Shown: positions 39,907-50,299, counted from the whole stretch's first letter. The stretch is DNA of 63,271 nucleotides, filler included, from 8 parts of 8 records of this genome joined end to end with filler, not necessarily neighbours in it, one strand, 5' to 3'. A program made the numbers and translations. Notes: generated from the sequence alone by a model not told the origin.

Positions 39907-42342
39907 TTAACTCTTTACTTTCTGTGCTGTGGCACTAACAAATAAATATATTATTGAAGAGGAAATAGTTATTATTCCTATCAAAAAAATACTTACTGAA
40001 AATCCAAATATTGTTATAAAGAAACTACATATCAGAGGCGAAACAACCATTATGAATCTTTCATATGAATTATATATACTCATAAATTTTGTTTCTCCGA
40101 TATCCTTAGCTTTTTGTGTTGAGGTAATAAAAGACTCTTCAGCAGCATCTGCTATCATGCTTCCTAGTGAGATTCCTGTTATCACTAATACAAAAGCAAC
40201 TATCCCATTTGAAAATTTAAGTATAAGAAGAAAACTTCCTATTATTAAACTTCCTGCGGTTATAAATAATCTATCGTTTTTAATTCTCGCAACCAGTTTA
40301 CTCACAATAGGCATAAGTAAATACACAATTCCAAATATAGTCATTACCCTTCCAATATTTGCTTGGGAAATTCCCTCTTTGTTCATAGTAAGAGGCATCA
40401 TAAATTGAAACACACCTACATAAACTAGATGAAAAGGAACTAACCTAAAAAAGAAATTTGCAAATACATTTTTATCATTGAAGATATTAAGTGTTTCTTT
40501 AAAGCTTAAATTAGAAAGTTTTTCAGTCTGTTTCTCTTCACTAATCTCTTCTTTACGATTTTCATGCACGATACTTTTTGCAATCGCAAGTCTACGCATA
40601 TAAATCAAAGAAAATACTAGTAATAAAAAGGCGATTATTGCAGAACACAATAGTGCAGTTACAAAACCAAATCTGTAAACTAAAACTCCACCAATCGGTA
40701 ATGCACATATTGATGCAGCTCCATAACCACTTGCCCAATATCCAAATCCAATTGCTACGTTTCCATGTTTAAATGACTTCAAAATAAGTGCAGTTGAATT
40801 TATAGTAATTCCACCAAATCCTAATCCTGATAAAAATCTAAAGAAAGCCAGACTAGGTATGCTTGTTGACAACGCAGCTCCTACAGCTCCAATTATTAGT
40901 AAAACAGTACATTGCGAAAGAATTTTTCTCTCAGAGATTTTTCCTGCTAAATATCCTACTACTAATACAGATATTGCTGACCCAAACATATATGTCGTTA
41001 TTGGAAAACTTAGAGTTGCATTTACAGATAAACCTAAAATATACATTGGGTTATTATGGTGGATCTTTTCTATTAAGAGAGGCATAAATGATATTGGCAT
41101 CATCTCTCCAAAATAAAATATAAATGAAATTAACTGAATTATTATCTTCTCGTTCTCCAGAGTTGCTTTTTCAGCTAGTTCCTCATCTTTTTTATTTACT
41201 CTTTTCATTGTTGCAAATAGAAGAAGCTGATAACTTATAATCAATGAAATTATCAATACAGTTCCCGCATCCAAAAGTAACTCCATTGTTTTTTTTGCAA
41301 TTATTTTTTCATTTAGGAGAATAAAAATTGTACCTTTTGAATTTTTATTATAGTTAAAATTTGCTCTTCTATAAGATTGATTTTTAGTACTTGTAATGTT
41401 TAATTTTCCTATTTCTTTTTGAAAAATAGTTTTAGTTTTATCTTCAAAATCTGCCATATAAAGTATATTTTGTGATCTATCCGTAATCAAAATTTCTTTT
41501 GCTTCCGGCACTTCTTTTATCTCTCTCGATAGATATTTCTCAAATCCGTTTAATCTATTTAATTTCAAGCCTAAATCTGAAAAATATTTTATTTCACTAT
41601 CTATTGCTTTAGAAAAATTTGCAATATTTTCATTTAAAATACTCGTATACTTATTTCTAAAATAGTCTATATTAATATATGAGTAAAATAGTTGTGATAC
41701 GAAAAAAACAATAAGTATAAATATAAAATAAACCTTTTCTCTACTACTTCTTATGAAAATAATAAATAGTGCCAATAAAAGTACAGTTATCGTCAAGGTG
41801 TTAAGAAATATATTCCAGTTCTCCCATACCATCGCTCTAACTTCTTTACTAATAACGGATTTTGGAAATTCTATAAATACATAACCTTCTATTTGATTAT
41901 TTGCAGTTTCGCTATTATCGGAATAAATGGCTGACGATATATAATAGTTGTTTGCAGCTTGAGCAACTTTTACTTTTTCATCACTATTTTTCGGAAGTAA
42001 TGAATCAATAATCTCTCTATTAATATAACTCTCATCGTAACTGTAATAAACATTTCCTTGTTTTGAAGTAATAAATACATTTGAAATATTTTTATCGTCA
42101 TTTATTATTTCATCAAAAAATATCTCGATTCCACTAAATTTGTGAAGTGGTTTCCCAAGATTAACAGCTGTTTCTATTTTTTTTGTCAAGTTTCTATTTA
42201 TTAGAATATATCTTGAGCTAAGTGAAGTTCTAAACACCTCTTCAAATGAAGACATATTTAGTAGAAAATTTAAAATTAAAGACACAGTTAGAATTACCGC
42301 AGATACCAAAAACACTTTAAGTCTGATTCTACCTGTTCTCAT
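39907..42342 (-). CDS. MFS transporter fused to an N-terminal region with two extracytoplasmic domains
   Basis: About 400-aa TM-soluble-TM-TM-soluble-TM region, then about 12 TM with GYLAGKISERK and FRFLSGLGFG; start placed after the GAGGGTG SD, overlapping the SBP stop. Confidence 0.8.
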   Translation of the reverse strand: MRTGRIRLKVFLVSAVILTVSLILNFLLNMSSFEEVFRTSLSSRYILINRNLTKKIETAVNLGKPLHKFSGIEIFFDEIINDDKNISNVFITSKQGNVYYSYDESYINREIIDSLLPKNSDEKVKVAQAANNYYISSAIYSDNSETANNQIEGYVFIEFPKSVISKEVRAMVWENWNIFLNTLTITVLLLALFIIFIRSSREKVYFIFILIVFFVSQLFYSYINIDYFRNKYTSILNENIANFSKAIDSEIKYFSDLGLKLNRLNGFEKYLSREIKEVPEAKEILITDRSQNILYMADFEDKTKTIFQKEIGKLNITSTKNQSYRRANFNYNKNSKGTIFILLNEKIIAKKTMELLLDAGTVLIISLIISYQLLLFATMKRVNKKDEELAEKATLENEKIIIQLISFIFYFGEMMPISFMPLLIEKIHHNNPMYILGLSVNATLSFPITTYMFGSAISVLVVGYLAGKISERKILSQCTVLLIIGAVGAALSTSIPSLAFFRFLSGLGFGGITINSTALILKSFKHGNVAIGFGYWASGYGAASICALPIGGVLVYRFGFVTALLCSAIIAFLLLVFSLIYMRRLAIAKSIVHENRKEEISEEKQTEKLSNLSFKETLNIFNDKNVFANFFFRLVPFHLVYVGVFQFMMPLTMNKEGISQANIGRVMTIFGIVYLLMPIVSKLVARIKNDRLFITAGSLIIGSFLLILKFSNGIVAFVLVITGISLGSMIADAAEESFITSTQKAKDIGETKFMSIYNSYERFIMVVSPLICSFFITIFGFSVSIFLIGIITISSSIIYLFVSATAQKVKS

Positions 42343-43534
42343 TAACATCACCCTCAATCGAATAATATACTTCATCAGCACTTCTGATTATATCAATTGG
42401 CAAATCATAACCTATCAATTCAGCAGTTTTCAAATTAATTGATATTCTTGGTATTTTTTCAAATTTTTGATTTAGTTCTCTCGGAAGTGTTCCGGTTAAA
42501 ATCTTAATTAGTTTTTTTGCATTATATAGACCTGCTTCTTTTCCTGAAACTCCCAACATAACTCCTTTTTTTACTGCCGGAGATCCCTCCATTGTAAAAG
42601 AAGGCAGCTTGTAATCTATTAACTTGTTTACAACATTTGGAACGTTATCAGGCTCAAGTCCACCTGAAATCCCAAGAAACATAGCATCTGATTTTGGACA
42701 TACTCTATCCATAGCATCTAGATAAAGTTTATAGGCCATTTTATACTCTTCAACTGTTGGCTCAGCCATTACATCATGTCCTTTTATAATTTCGAAACCT
42801 CTTTCATCAGCTACTTTTTCTACGGAATCAACTGCAGCATAACTTCTGCCGTTCTCACTATTTTCATATATTAAGCCCAAATTATCAAAGCCTATTACTT
42901 CAAAGAAAAGATTAACCTGTCTGATATATTGCTGTTCATCTAATCTCGCTGTAATAAAATCATGTCCTGAATCTTCAATAGAATCAACAAAACCCGATCC
43001 TATCGGATCAGATACTGCATCCATCAAAGTAAACGTTTTATAGTCAGGATCACTTAATACTTCTCCACTTGCTAGAGTTCCCAGAAGTATAACAGCATCA
43101 ATTTCATTCGCCTTCGCTTTTCTCATAATTTGTTTAAACTCATTCTTATCACGATTCTCAGAATCAGCACGAAAACTAAAAAACATCTGTGGACTTAATT
43201 CTAAATACTCACTATAGTCACTTCCCTGAATCCCATTAATAAATTCTCTATTAGATTTATAGTTCTCTTTTTTAAGGCTTTCAACTTCATTTACCCATCC
43301 CATTAATTGAAGACCACCAATTATTGCGCTAAATGTTTCGTAATATTCGGGATAATCATCACTTTGTATAACTGCAATTTTAAATTTTTTTGTTACTTCA
43401 AACTCTTCAATAGAGGAGTTTGAAGTAGAGTCCGCCTCTTCTTTGAAGATAGAAGAGGCTTCATCATCACTTTGAAAACATCCCAAAAATACAGAGGTAA
43501 AAATTATGATTATTACTTTATAAAAAGCACTCAT
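42329..43534 (-). CDS. Substrate-binding lipoprotein (ABC_sub_bind family)
   Basis: Lipobox FLGC; ILLGTLA, AVSDPIGSG, LGLIY, VKKGVMLG, SINLKTAELIG..P..I...AD. Confidence 0.85.
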   Translation of the reverse strand: MSAFYKVIIIIFTSVFLGCFQSDDEASSIFKEEADSTSNSSIEEFEVTKKFKIAVIQSDDYPEYYETFSAIIGGLQLMGWVNEVESLKKENYKSNREFINGIQGSDYSEYLELSPQMFFSFRADSENRDKNEFKQIMRKAKANEIDAVILLGTLASGEVLSDPDYKTFTLMDAVSDPIGSGFVDSIEDSGHDFITARLDEQQYIRQVNLFFEVIGFDNLGLIYENSENGRSYAAVDSVEKVADERGFEIIKGHDVMAEPTVEEYKMAYKLYLDAMDRVCPKSDAMFLGISGGLEPDNVPNVVNKLIDYKLPSFTMEGSPAVKKGVMLGVSGKEAGLYNAKKLIKILTGTLPRELNQKFEKIPRISINLKTAELIGYDLPIDIIRSADEVYYSIEGDVNENR

Positions 43535-43558
43535 TTTTTATCCTCCTCTGGTTTAAGT

Positions 43559-43969
43559 TTATATCGATTTTTCCATAAACAAGATATTTTGTCCATTTTT
43601 TCTTACATAACTTACATTATCCATTATCTGTTTTATCATAAATATGCCTAGTCCGCCGATCTCTCTTTCTTCCATGGAAAGAGTAATATCAGGATCTTCT
43701 TTTTTTAAAGGATCAAATTCCATTCCACTATCAATTACTGAAATAGAGAATAGTTTTTTCTCCGGGTCATCATTATATTGAATCTCCAACTCTCCCTCTT
43801 GATCACCGTAGGCATAGTTTATGACGTTTACAAATGCTTCTTCACATACTAGACGAACCTTTCCTTCAAGTTTAGTGTCATTTCCGCTAAGTTTATTGAC
43901 ATTATTTACAACAAAGTCAATCATGGAGTCTAGATTTTCCAAAATCGCCTTTGTTTTATATGAATTCAT
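43559..43969 (-). CDS. Anti-sigma factor Ser/Thr kinase (RsbW/SpoIIAB-like)
   Basis: LVCEEAFVNVINYAY, IDSGMEFDP, REIGGLGIFMI. Confidence 0.92.
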   Translation of the reverse strand: MNSYKTKAILENLDSMIDFVVNNVNKLSGNDTKLEGKVRLVCEEAFVNVINYAYGDQEGELEIQYNDDPEKKLFSISVIDSGMEFDPLKKEDPDITLSMEEREIGGLGIFMIKQIMDNVSYVRKNGQNILFMEKSI

Positions 43970-43983
43970 AGGTATCGCCCAAA

Positions 43984-44310
43984 TTACTTATCGTATGAGT
44001 CTTGAATAATTAAGAAATTATCAAGCCCACTCATTTTAACAACTTCAACTACAGGCTCCTGTGCACCAATTAAAAATACTTTTGCTTTCATTCCAATTTT
44101 TTGTTTTGAGAATATGATTACTCTCAATCCTGCACTTGCAATATATTCTAATCCACCGGCTAAATAAGCTATTTCACTTATATCTTGCCCCTGAAATTTT
44201 CTAAGTTCTTCCATTAATCCACCGGCATTTGTTGCGTCTAATCTTCCGGTTAAATTAATTTTAACGATCCCTTGATTTTCTTCAATATTGAATTCCAGTT
44301 TAGAAGCCAT
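43984..44310 (-). CDS. STAS anti-sigma factor antagonist (RsbV/SpoIIAA-like)
   Basis: LTGRLDA, LEYIASAGLR (phosphoacceptor Ser kept), VVKMSGL; AGGAGG SD. Confidence 0.92.
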   Translation of the reverse strand: MASKLEFNIEENQGIVKINLTGRLDATNAGGLMEELRKFQGQDISEIAYLAGGLEYIASAGLRVIIFSKQKIGMKAKVFLIGAQEPVVEVVKMSGLDNFLIIQDSYDK

Positions 44311-44362
44311 TATCATTCCTCCTATTTTTTATAAATTAATTCGGTTATTCAACTTTTTAACA

Positions 44363-44399
44363 ATCTTTATAGGGTGTATCTCATACGCCCTATAAAGAT
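44363..44399 (-). terminator. Long stem-loop between glgX and the STAS gene
   Basis: ATCTTTATAGGGTGTAT-CTC-ATACGCCCTATAAAGAT, 17-bp stem; no long U tract on the coding strand. Confidence 0.6.
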
Positions 44400-44409
44400 G
44401 TTATGTTTT

Positions 44410-46300
44410 CTATTTCTTTTTACCAATTAAAACTACTACTGATCTTGAACCTACTAAAACTTCATTTTGATTTTCCAGATAAACTTCTTCTCCAGTTGCC
44501 CATGCATCTTCTGGTGATGGCATACCTGTATTCATCGCAAGGTGCCATTCAACCCCTTCTGGTAGAGATGGAATCTCAAATCCATGCATTTCCCAGTGAA
44601 GATTCATCGCTACATAGATATACTCATCTTCATCAGTTCCATACTTGCTGGCAGGTCCACAAAACATTACAGCTAAAGTTAACGTTGAAGCATTATAGTC
44701 TAAATTCCAAGACTCTACTCCATGCCAAGATATTTCAGGATAACCAGTTTCAGTATAATAACTATCAAAGTGGCTAACTCTGAGAACTGGATGATCTTTT
44801 CTAAATGCTATTAATTTTTGTGTAAAATTAAATATATCTTTATTTTCTTTTAGATTATCCCAATTAAGCCAAGATATTTCATTATCCTGACAATAAGCAT
44901 TATTATTTCCGAACTGAGTATTTCCAAACTCATCTCCAGCTAATAACATAGGAATACCACGGCTTAGCATTAAAATTGTTAATGCATTTTTAATTTGTTT
45001 TCTACGAAGTTTGTTTATCTCTGTATCTTCAACTTCGCCTTCGTAACCACAATTCCAACTATGATTGTCATTTCCACCATCATTATTGTTTTCACCATTT
45101 GCAATATTATGTTTTTCATTATATGAAACCATATCCATTAGTGTAAATCCATCATGACATGTTATGAAATTTATAGAAGCAGTCGCTCCACGATTTTCCC
45201 AACCATATAGATCAGGCGAACCTTGAATACGTTCAATTACTCCACGTACAACTGCACTTTCCCCTTGTATAAATTTTCTAACATCATCTCTAAATTTACC
45301 ATTCCATTCTGCCCATCTTCCCCAAGATGGAAACGAACCTACTTGATATAGTCCTCCGGCATCCCATGCTTCTGCAATAAGCTTACACTTACCTAGAATA
45401 GGATCAAAAGCCAGTGTTTCAAGTAAAGGTGGATTTGCCATCGGTGCTCCATTTTGATCTCTTGATAATATAGATGCAAGATCAAATCTAAAACCATCTA
45501 TATGATATTCTGACGCCCAATATCTCAAGCAGTCTAATATCATATTTCTAACAATAGGGTTATTACAATTTAGTGTATTTCCACAACCACTGAAATTATA
45601 ATAATATCCTTCCGGTGTTAATAAATAGTACGTTTGATTATCTATTCCTCTATATGAAATATAAGGTCCCATTTCATTACCTTCAGCTGTATGGTTAAAT
45701 ACAACATCCAGAATAACTTCTATTCCATTTTGATGAAATTGTTTTATTAAATTTTTAAGCTCATCGACTTCCATTCCTAATTTCCCGGTTGCTGCATAAC
45801 CAGCTTTGGGAGCAAAAAATCCTACTGTACTATAGCCCCAATAATTTACTAATCGTTCCCCAGTTATATCTGATATTCTGGAGTTTTCAAATTCATCAAA
45901 CTCATATATTGGTAACAGCTCTATACAGTTAATTCCAAGCTCTTTTAAATAAGGAATTTTTTCTATTAACGAAGCATATGTTCCGGGATGTTTAACTTTT
46001 GAAGATTCATGTTTAGTAAAACTTCTAACATGAGCTTCATAAATCAACAAATCTTTCATTTCGATTTCAAGTGGTTTATCATCTTCCCAGTCAAAATCAT
46101 CGAATATTATTCTTGATCTATGTTGGAATTTATCATCCCAATCAGGTTCAACTCCCCAAACCTCTCTACCTCCTATAGCTTTTGCATAAGGATCAAGAAG
46201 AATTTTTTCTTTGTTAAACCAATGTCCCTGACTTTTATCATTGGGACCATCCATTCTAAATCCATACTCTGTATTTTCATAATCAATATCAAATACAACC
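44410..46300 (-). CDS. glgX: Glycogen debranching enzyme / isoamylase, GH13 (5' truncated)
   Basis: LLDPYAK, NYWGY, DVVFNHTAEG, DGFRFDLA, IAEAWD, TCHDGFT, GNNNAYCQDNE. Confidence 0.95.
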
Positions 46301-46400
46301 NNNNNNNNNNNNNNNNNNNNNNNNNNNNNNNNNNNNNNNNNNNNTTAATTAATTAANNNNNNNNNNNNNNNNNNNNNNNNNNNNNNNNNNNNNNNNNNNN
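46301..46400. other. Artificial contig spacer
   Basis: N44-TTAATTAATTAA-N44. Confidence 0.99.
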
Positions 46401-46943
46401 GTCGGTGATTTTGTAAGTTTTGATAGCGGATTTAGAAACACCAACGGTTATATCAATTCCCGCCATCTTGATGACAAAGCTTCAGCAGGTATCTTTTTGC
46501 ATCTGAGCACGATTTTAAAGGAAGTTGAAAGTGAAATGACAGAAAGCATCACATTCTTTTTCAATGTTACAGAAGAAACCGGTCAGGGAATTGCAGGAAT
46601 GCCAAAAGATTCTGACCTCATCGTTGTTGACATGGGAGTTGTCGGAGAAAAACCTGCAGGAAGCGAAAAATGTGTGAGCATCTGCGCAAAAGACAGCTCA
46701 GGACCATACAACTATGATCTCACAACTGAACTTATAAAAATTGCCCAGACAAACGAAATTGAACATAAAATCGATGTTTTCCCATTCTACGGATCTGACG
46801 GCTCAGCTCTTCTGAGATCATGCAGCGATTCAAGAGTCGCACTCATTGGACAGGGCGTTGACGCAAGCCACGGATACGAAAGAACACATGTATCAGGACT
46901 TATGGCGACTGCTTCTTTGATTATGGCTTATATTTTTAAGTAG
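46401..46943 (+). CDS. M42 family metallopeptidase (5' truncated)
   Basis: Frame open from the contig edge: VGDFVSFD...SRHLDDKA, TEETG, VDMG, KDSSGPY, YGSDG, SHGYERTH. Confidence 0.9.
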   Translation, partial: VGDFVSFDSGFRNTNGYINSRHLDDKASAGIFLHLSTILKEVESEMTESITFFFNVTEETGQGIAGMPKDSDLIVVDMGVVGEKPAGSEKCVSICAKDSSGPYNYDLTTELIKIAQTNEIEHKIDVFPFYGSDGSALLRSCSDSRVALIGQGVDASHGYERTHVSGLMATASLIMAYIFK

Positions 46944-46946
46944 AAA

Positions 46947-48389
46947 TCAGGACTTATAGATCTTCTCGTACTCTTTTGCAGAATACTTCCAGCTGAAATC
47001 TTTTTTCATTCCCGCCTTTTTCATTTTTAAGATATGTGGCTTTCTGTCAAAGTATGTGCTGACTGCCCAACCAACAGTGTCGTAAATTGAATTAGGTGTT
47101 AGATCATTGAATTTAAATCCGGTGCCTTTGCCCGTTTTTTCATCATATTGCTCAATTGTATCTGACAAACCACCTGTATCTCTGACTATTGGAATAGTTC
47201 CGTATTTTAATGAATATATCTGATTAAGTCCACATGGTTCATAGCGTGAAGGCATGATAAAAAAATCACTTCCTGCCTCGATCAGATGAGCAAGTTTATC
47301 GCTATATCCGATGTATGAGCCGATCTTTCCTGGAAATTTTGAAGGAAGTTCGCCAAAATACTTCTCAAGCCCGGGATCACCACTTCCTAAAACAACAAAA
47401 TGAACAGACATTGTTTTAAGAATAGATTCAATTGCACATGCAAGAACATCAAGTCCTTTCTGATCTGCAAAACGGCTGACAACCCCTACTATCGGATATT
47501 TTTCCTTCATATTGAGGCCCATCTTTTCTTTAAGAGCCTTTTTATTTTTCTGTTTAGGTCTTACCTTGCTCAAGGAGTAATTTGCTTCTATTAACTTATC
47601 AACTTCAGGATCCCATTTCTCATAATCAACACCGTTAAGGACACCGATAAATTTTGCACCTTTATCCTTTAAATATGGAGACATTCCATAAGCTTGTTTT
47701 CCACTTGAGATCTCATTTGCATAACTTGGACTTACCGTCGTAATGTAATCAGCAAAATGAATCCCGCCTTTAAGAAGGTTGACCTTGCTGTGATCTTCAA
47801 AGATCTCAGAAGTGAAGTTTTCCCATCCAAAACCCATGTAGTTATAATCAACAGCCGAATATACTCCCTGGTAACCAATGTTGTGAATTGTAAGAACAGC
47901 CTTTGCCTTATCAACTCCACTATCTCCCCAGTCCCAGGTTTTCATATATGCCATAACAGGAGCGGTCTGCCAATCATGGGCATGAATTACATCAGGACGA
48001 AAGTTAAGATCTCTTAGCAACTGAAGAGCTGCTCTGCTAAAAAAACAGTACCTCAGTGCGTTATCGACATAATCATCATTATCAGAATCGCTGTAGATCC
48101 CATCTCTGTTAAAAAACTTATCAAACTCAATGAAATAATAGGTTATTCCCTTTGAAGATGTTTTTTTCACAGCGCACCATTCTTCATTTCCTCCTCCCAT
48201 CCAAACACCCATAGATTTAAAAGAAGTTTTTATTTTTTTACTAGCTTTAAGGCACTTGTAATAAGGAAGAATGACGACAACTTCATGTCCTGATCCTTTT
48301 AAAGCTCCGGGAAGTGACCCTACAACATCGGCTAGTCCGCCTGTTTTTACGAAAGGTTCGGCCTCAGAAGCGATCATTGCGATTTTCAT
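46947..48389 (-). CDS. glgA: Glycogen synthase (GT5)
   Basis: MKIAMIASEAEPFVKTGGLADV, HAHDWQT, TIHN..YQG, MPSRYEPCGLNQ, TGGLSDT; GGAG SD before ATG 48389. Confidence 0.96.
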   Translation of the reverse strand: MKIAMIASEAEPFVKTGGLADVVGSLPGALKGSGHEVVVILPYYKCLKASKKIKTSFKSMGVWMGGGNEEWCAVKKTSSKGITYYFIEFDKFFNRDGIYSDSDNDDYVDNALRYCFFSRAALQLLRDLNFRPDVIHAHDWQTAPVMAYMKTWDWGDSGVDKAKAVLTIHNIGYQGVYSAVDYNYMGFGWENFTSEIFEDHSKVNLLKGGIHFADYITTVSPSYANEISSGKQAYGMSPYLKDKGAKFIGVLNGVDYEKWDPEVDKLIEANYSLSKVRPKQKNKKALKEKMGLNMKEKYPIVGVVSRFADQKGLDVLACAIESILKTMSVHFVVLGSGDPGLEKYFGELPSKFPGKIGSYIGYSDKLAHLIEAGSDFFIMPSRYEPCGLNQIYSLKYGTIPIVRDTGGLSDTIEQYDEKTGKGTGFKFNDLTPNSIYDTVGWAVSTYFDRKPHILKMKKAGMKKDFSWKYSAKEYEKIYKS

Positions 48390-48653
48390 TTTTTCTCCAA
48401 CACTAACTTTTTTACTAAAAAACAAATTTCCACACCTAGACAATTTTAGCTTTCCTGTTGATTTTTGACAAGAAGATTTCATCAAAATAACAAAATTTTT
48501 ATGTTGTTGTATATATTGATATAAAACATGTTTCAACTTTAGTACAGAAAGCGACTTTTTGTTGCATTTTAACAGAAATTTAATTTGACTTTGTCAACTC
48601 GTGAACATAATTTGGGGCGTGTGTTGTTCAAACTTTCTTGACAGGAGACATTG

Positions 48654-49655
48654 ATGGACCTTATTAAAAATCTGAAACTCAAAGCTGTAAGTGCTCAAAA
48701 AACTATTGTACTTCCGGAAGGCACTGATGTAAGAACTCTTAAAGCATCGAAAATAATAAACGAAGAACGACTGGCAAAGGTCGTATTAGTTGGAAATGAA
48801 GCTGAAATACGTAAAAATGCTGAAGACTTAGAAATATGTCTTGAAGGAATCGAAGTTATCGAACCCGCTACAAGCAAATATCTCAATAACTTTGCAGCAT
48901 CCTTTTACGAGATCAGAAAGAAAAAAGGAATAACTGAGGACCAGGCACTTCAGACTATGAAGGATGAAGTATATTTCTCAACAATGATGGTTCATCAGGG
49001 ACTTGCAGACGGTCTTGTAAGCGGAGCAGTTCATTCAACTGGAGATACAATAAGACCTGCACTTCAGATAATAAAGACTAAACCCGGAATTAACATCGTT
49101 TCAAGCGTTTTTATAATGATCGTTCCAAATTGCGAACTTGGTTGTGACGGAATGTTCGCTTTCGGCGACTGCGCTGTAAATATTGATCCTACATCTGAAG
49201 AGCTTGCTGAGATCGCTATCTGCTCTGCAACTACTGCTAAAACTCTGTGTGGAATTGACCCTAAGGTCGCTATGCTTTCTTTTTCAACTAACGGAAGTGC
49301 AAAACACGCCTATGTTGACAAAGTGATCAAAGCAACTGAACTTGTCAGAGAAAAAGCTCCACATATTGAAGTTGACGGAGATATGCAGGCTGATGCAGCA
49401 ATGGTTGAGGCTGTTGCCAAAACAAAATTCCCCGAAAGCAAGGTTGCCGGCAAAGCAAATGTCCTTATTTTCCCTGATCTTCAAAGTGGTAATATTGGAT
49501 ACAAACTTGTGCAGAGACTTGCAGGTGCTAAAGCAATTGGTCCTTTTCTTCAGGGAATTGCAAAACCGGTTAATGATCTTTCAAGAGGCTGTTCTGTGAA
49601 TGATATTGTAGATGTGGCAACAATTACTGCCGTTCAGGCAACTCAGGAAGACTGA
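48654..49655 (+). CDS. pta: Phosphate acetyltransferase
   Basis: IVLPEG, ADGLVSGAVHSTGDTIRPALQ, DCAVN, VAMLSFST, FPDLQSGNIGYK, PVNDLSRG. Confidence 0.96.
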   Translation: MDLIKNLKLKAVSAQKTIVLPEGTDVRTLKASKIINEERLAKVVLVGNEAEIRKNAEDLEICLEGIEVIEPATSKYLNNFAASFYEIRKKKGITEDQALQTMKDEVYFSTMMVHQGLADGLVSGAVHSTGDTIRPALQIIKTKPGINIVSSVFIMIVPNCELGCDGMFAFGDCAVNIDPTSEELAEIAICSATTAKTLCGIDPKVAMLSFSTNGSAKHAYVDKVIKATELVREKAPHIEVDGDMQADAAMVEAVAKTKFPESKVAGKANVLIFPDLQSGNIGYKLVQRLAGAKAIGPFLQGIAKPVNDLSRGCSVNDIVDVATITAVQATQED

Positions 49656-50147
49656 TCAGTCCTCAAGCATATAGGCTTTATCAATAACAATTGCGTCAAC
49701 AGGAACATCGTCAAACCACTTAACTGTATGAGTCTCAACTGCTGTAATTGCATCAACTGTTTCCTGACCTTCGACAACGATACCAAAAGCTGCGTAATTA
49801 TTATCAAGGCTTGGACACTCTGCATTACAGACAAAGAATTGACTTGTAGCGCTGTTAGGATCTTGAGTTCTTGCCATTGAAAGAACGTATTTATTATGCT
49901 TGATCTCAGGATTTATCTCTAGTTTGATTGGATCACCCAAAGGAGCTTTTTCAAACATTCCTTTAAGCATTCCGCCACCTTGAATAACAAAATTCTTAAT
50001 AACTCTATGGAAGATAAGCTTGTTGTAATATCCTGCCTGAACATGCTTAATAAAATTCTCAACTGTTATCGGTACATCTTTTCCATAAAGACCAATGACC
50101 ATCTTACCCTTTGATGTTTCAAAAACTGCTTTGTTAGTTATTTCCAT
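49656..50147 (-). CDS. Cyclophilin-type peptidyl-prolyl isomerase
   Basis: PITVENF, FHRVIKNFVIQGGG, LSMARTQDPNSATSQFF, YAAFG. Confidence 0.95.
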   Translation of the reverse strand: MEITNKAVFETSKGKMVIGLYGKDVPITVENFIKHVQAGYYNKLIFHRVIKNFVIQGGGMLKGMFEKAPLGDPIKLEINPEIKHNKYVLSMARTQDPNSATSQFFVCNAECPSLDNNYAAFGIVVEGQETVDAITAVETHTVKWFDDVPVDAIVIDKAYMLED

Positions 50148-50299
50148 TTTCTCCTCCAGGAAAAATCAATAAAATCCGCGCAATAATAAAGTATAATTCT
50201 AATTTTATCAATAGAAACTGAATTTTCTTGTTAGCCATTAATATATATGCTATTTTCTAGACTACGTAATCCTTAATTAATTTGAAGGAGAGAACCTTA

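Noticed and set aside
44410-48389. Apparent glgX-glgA glycogen cluster
   Set aside because: The genes lie on different contigs separated by the artificial spacer at 46301-46400
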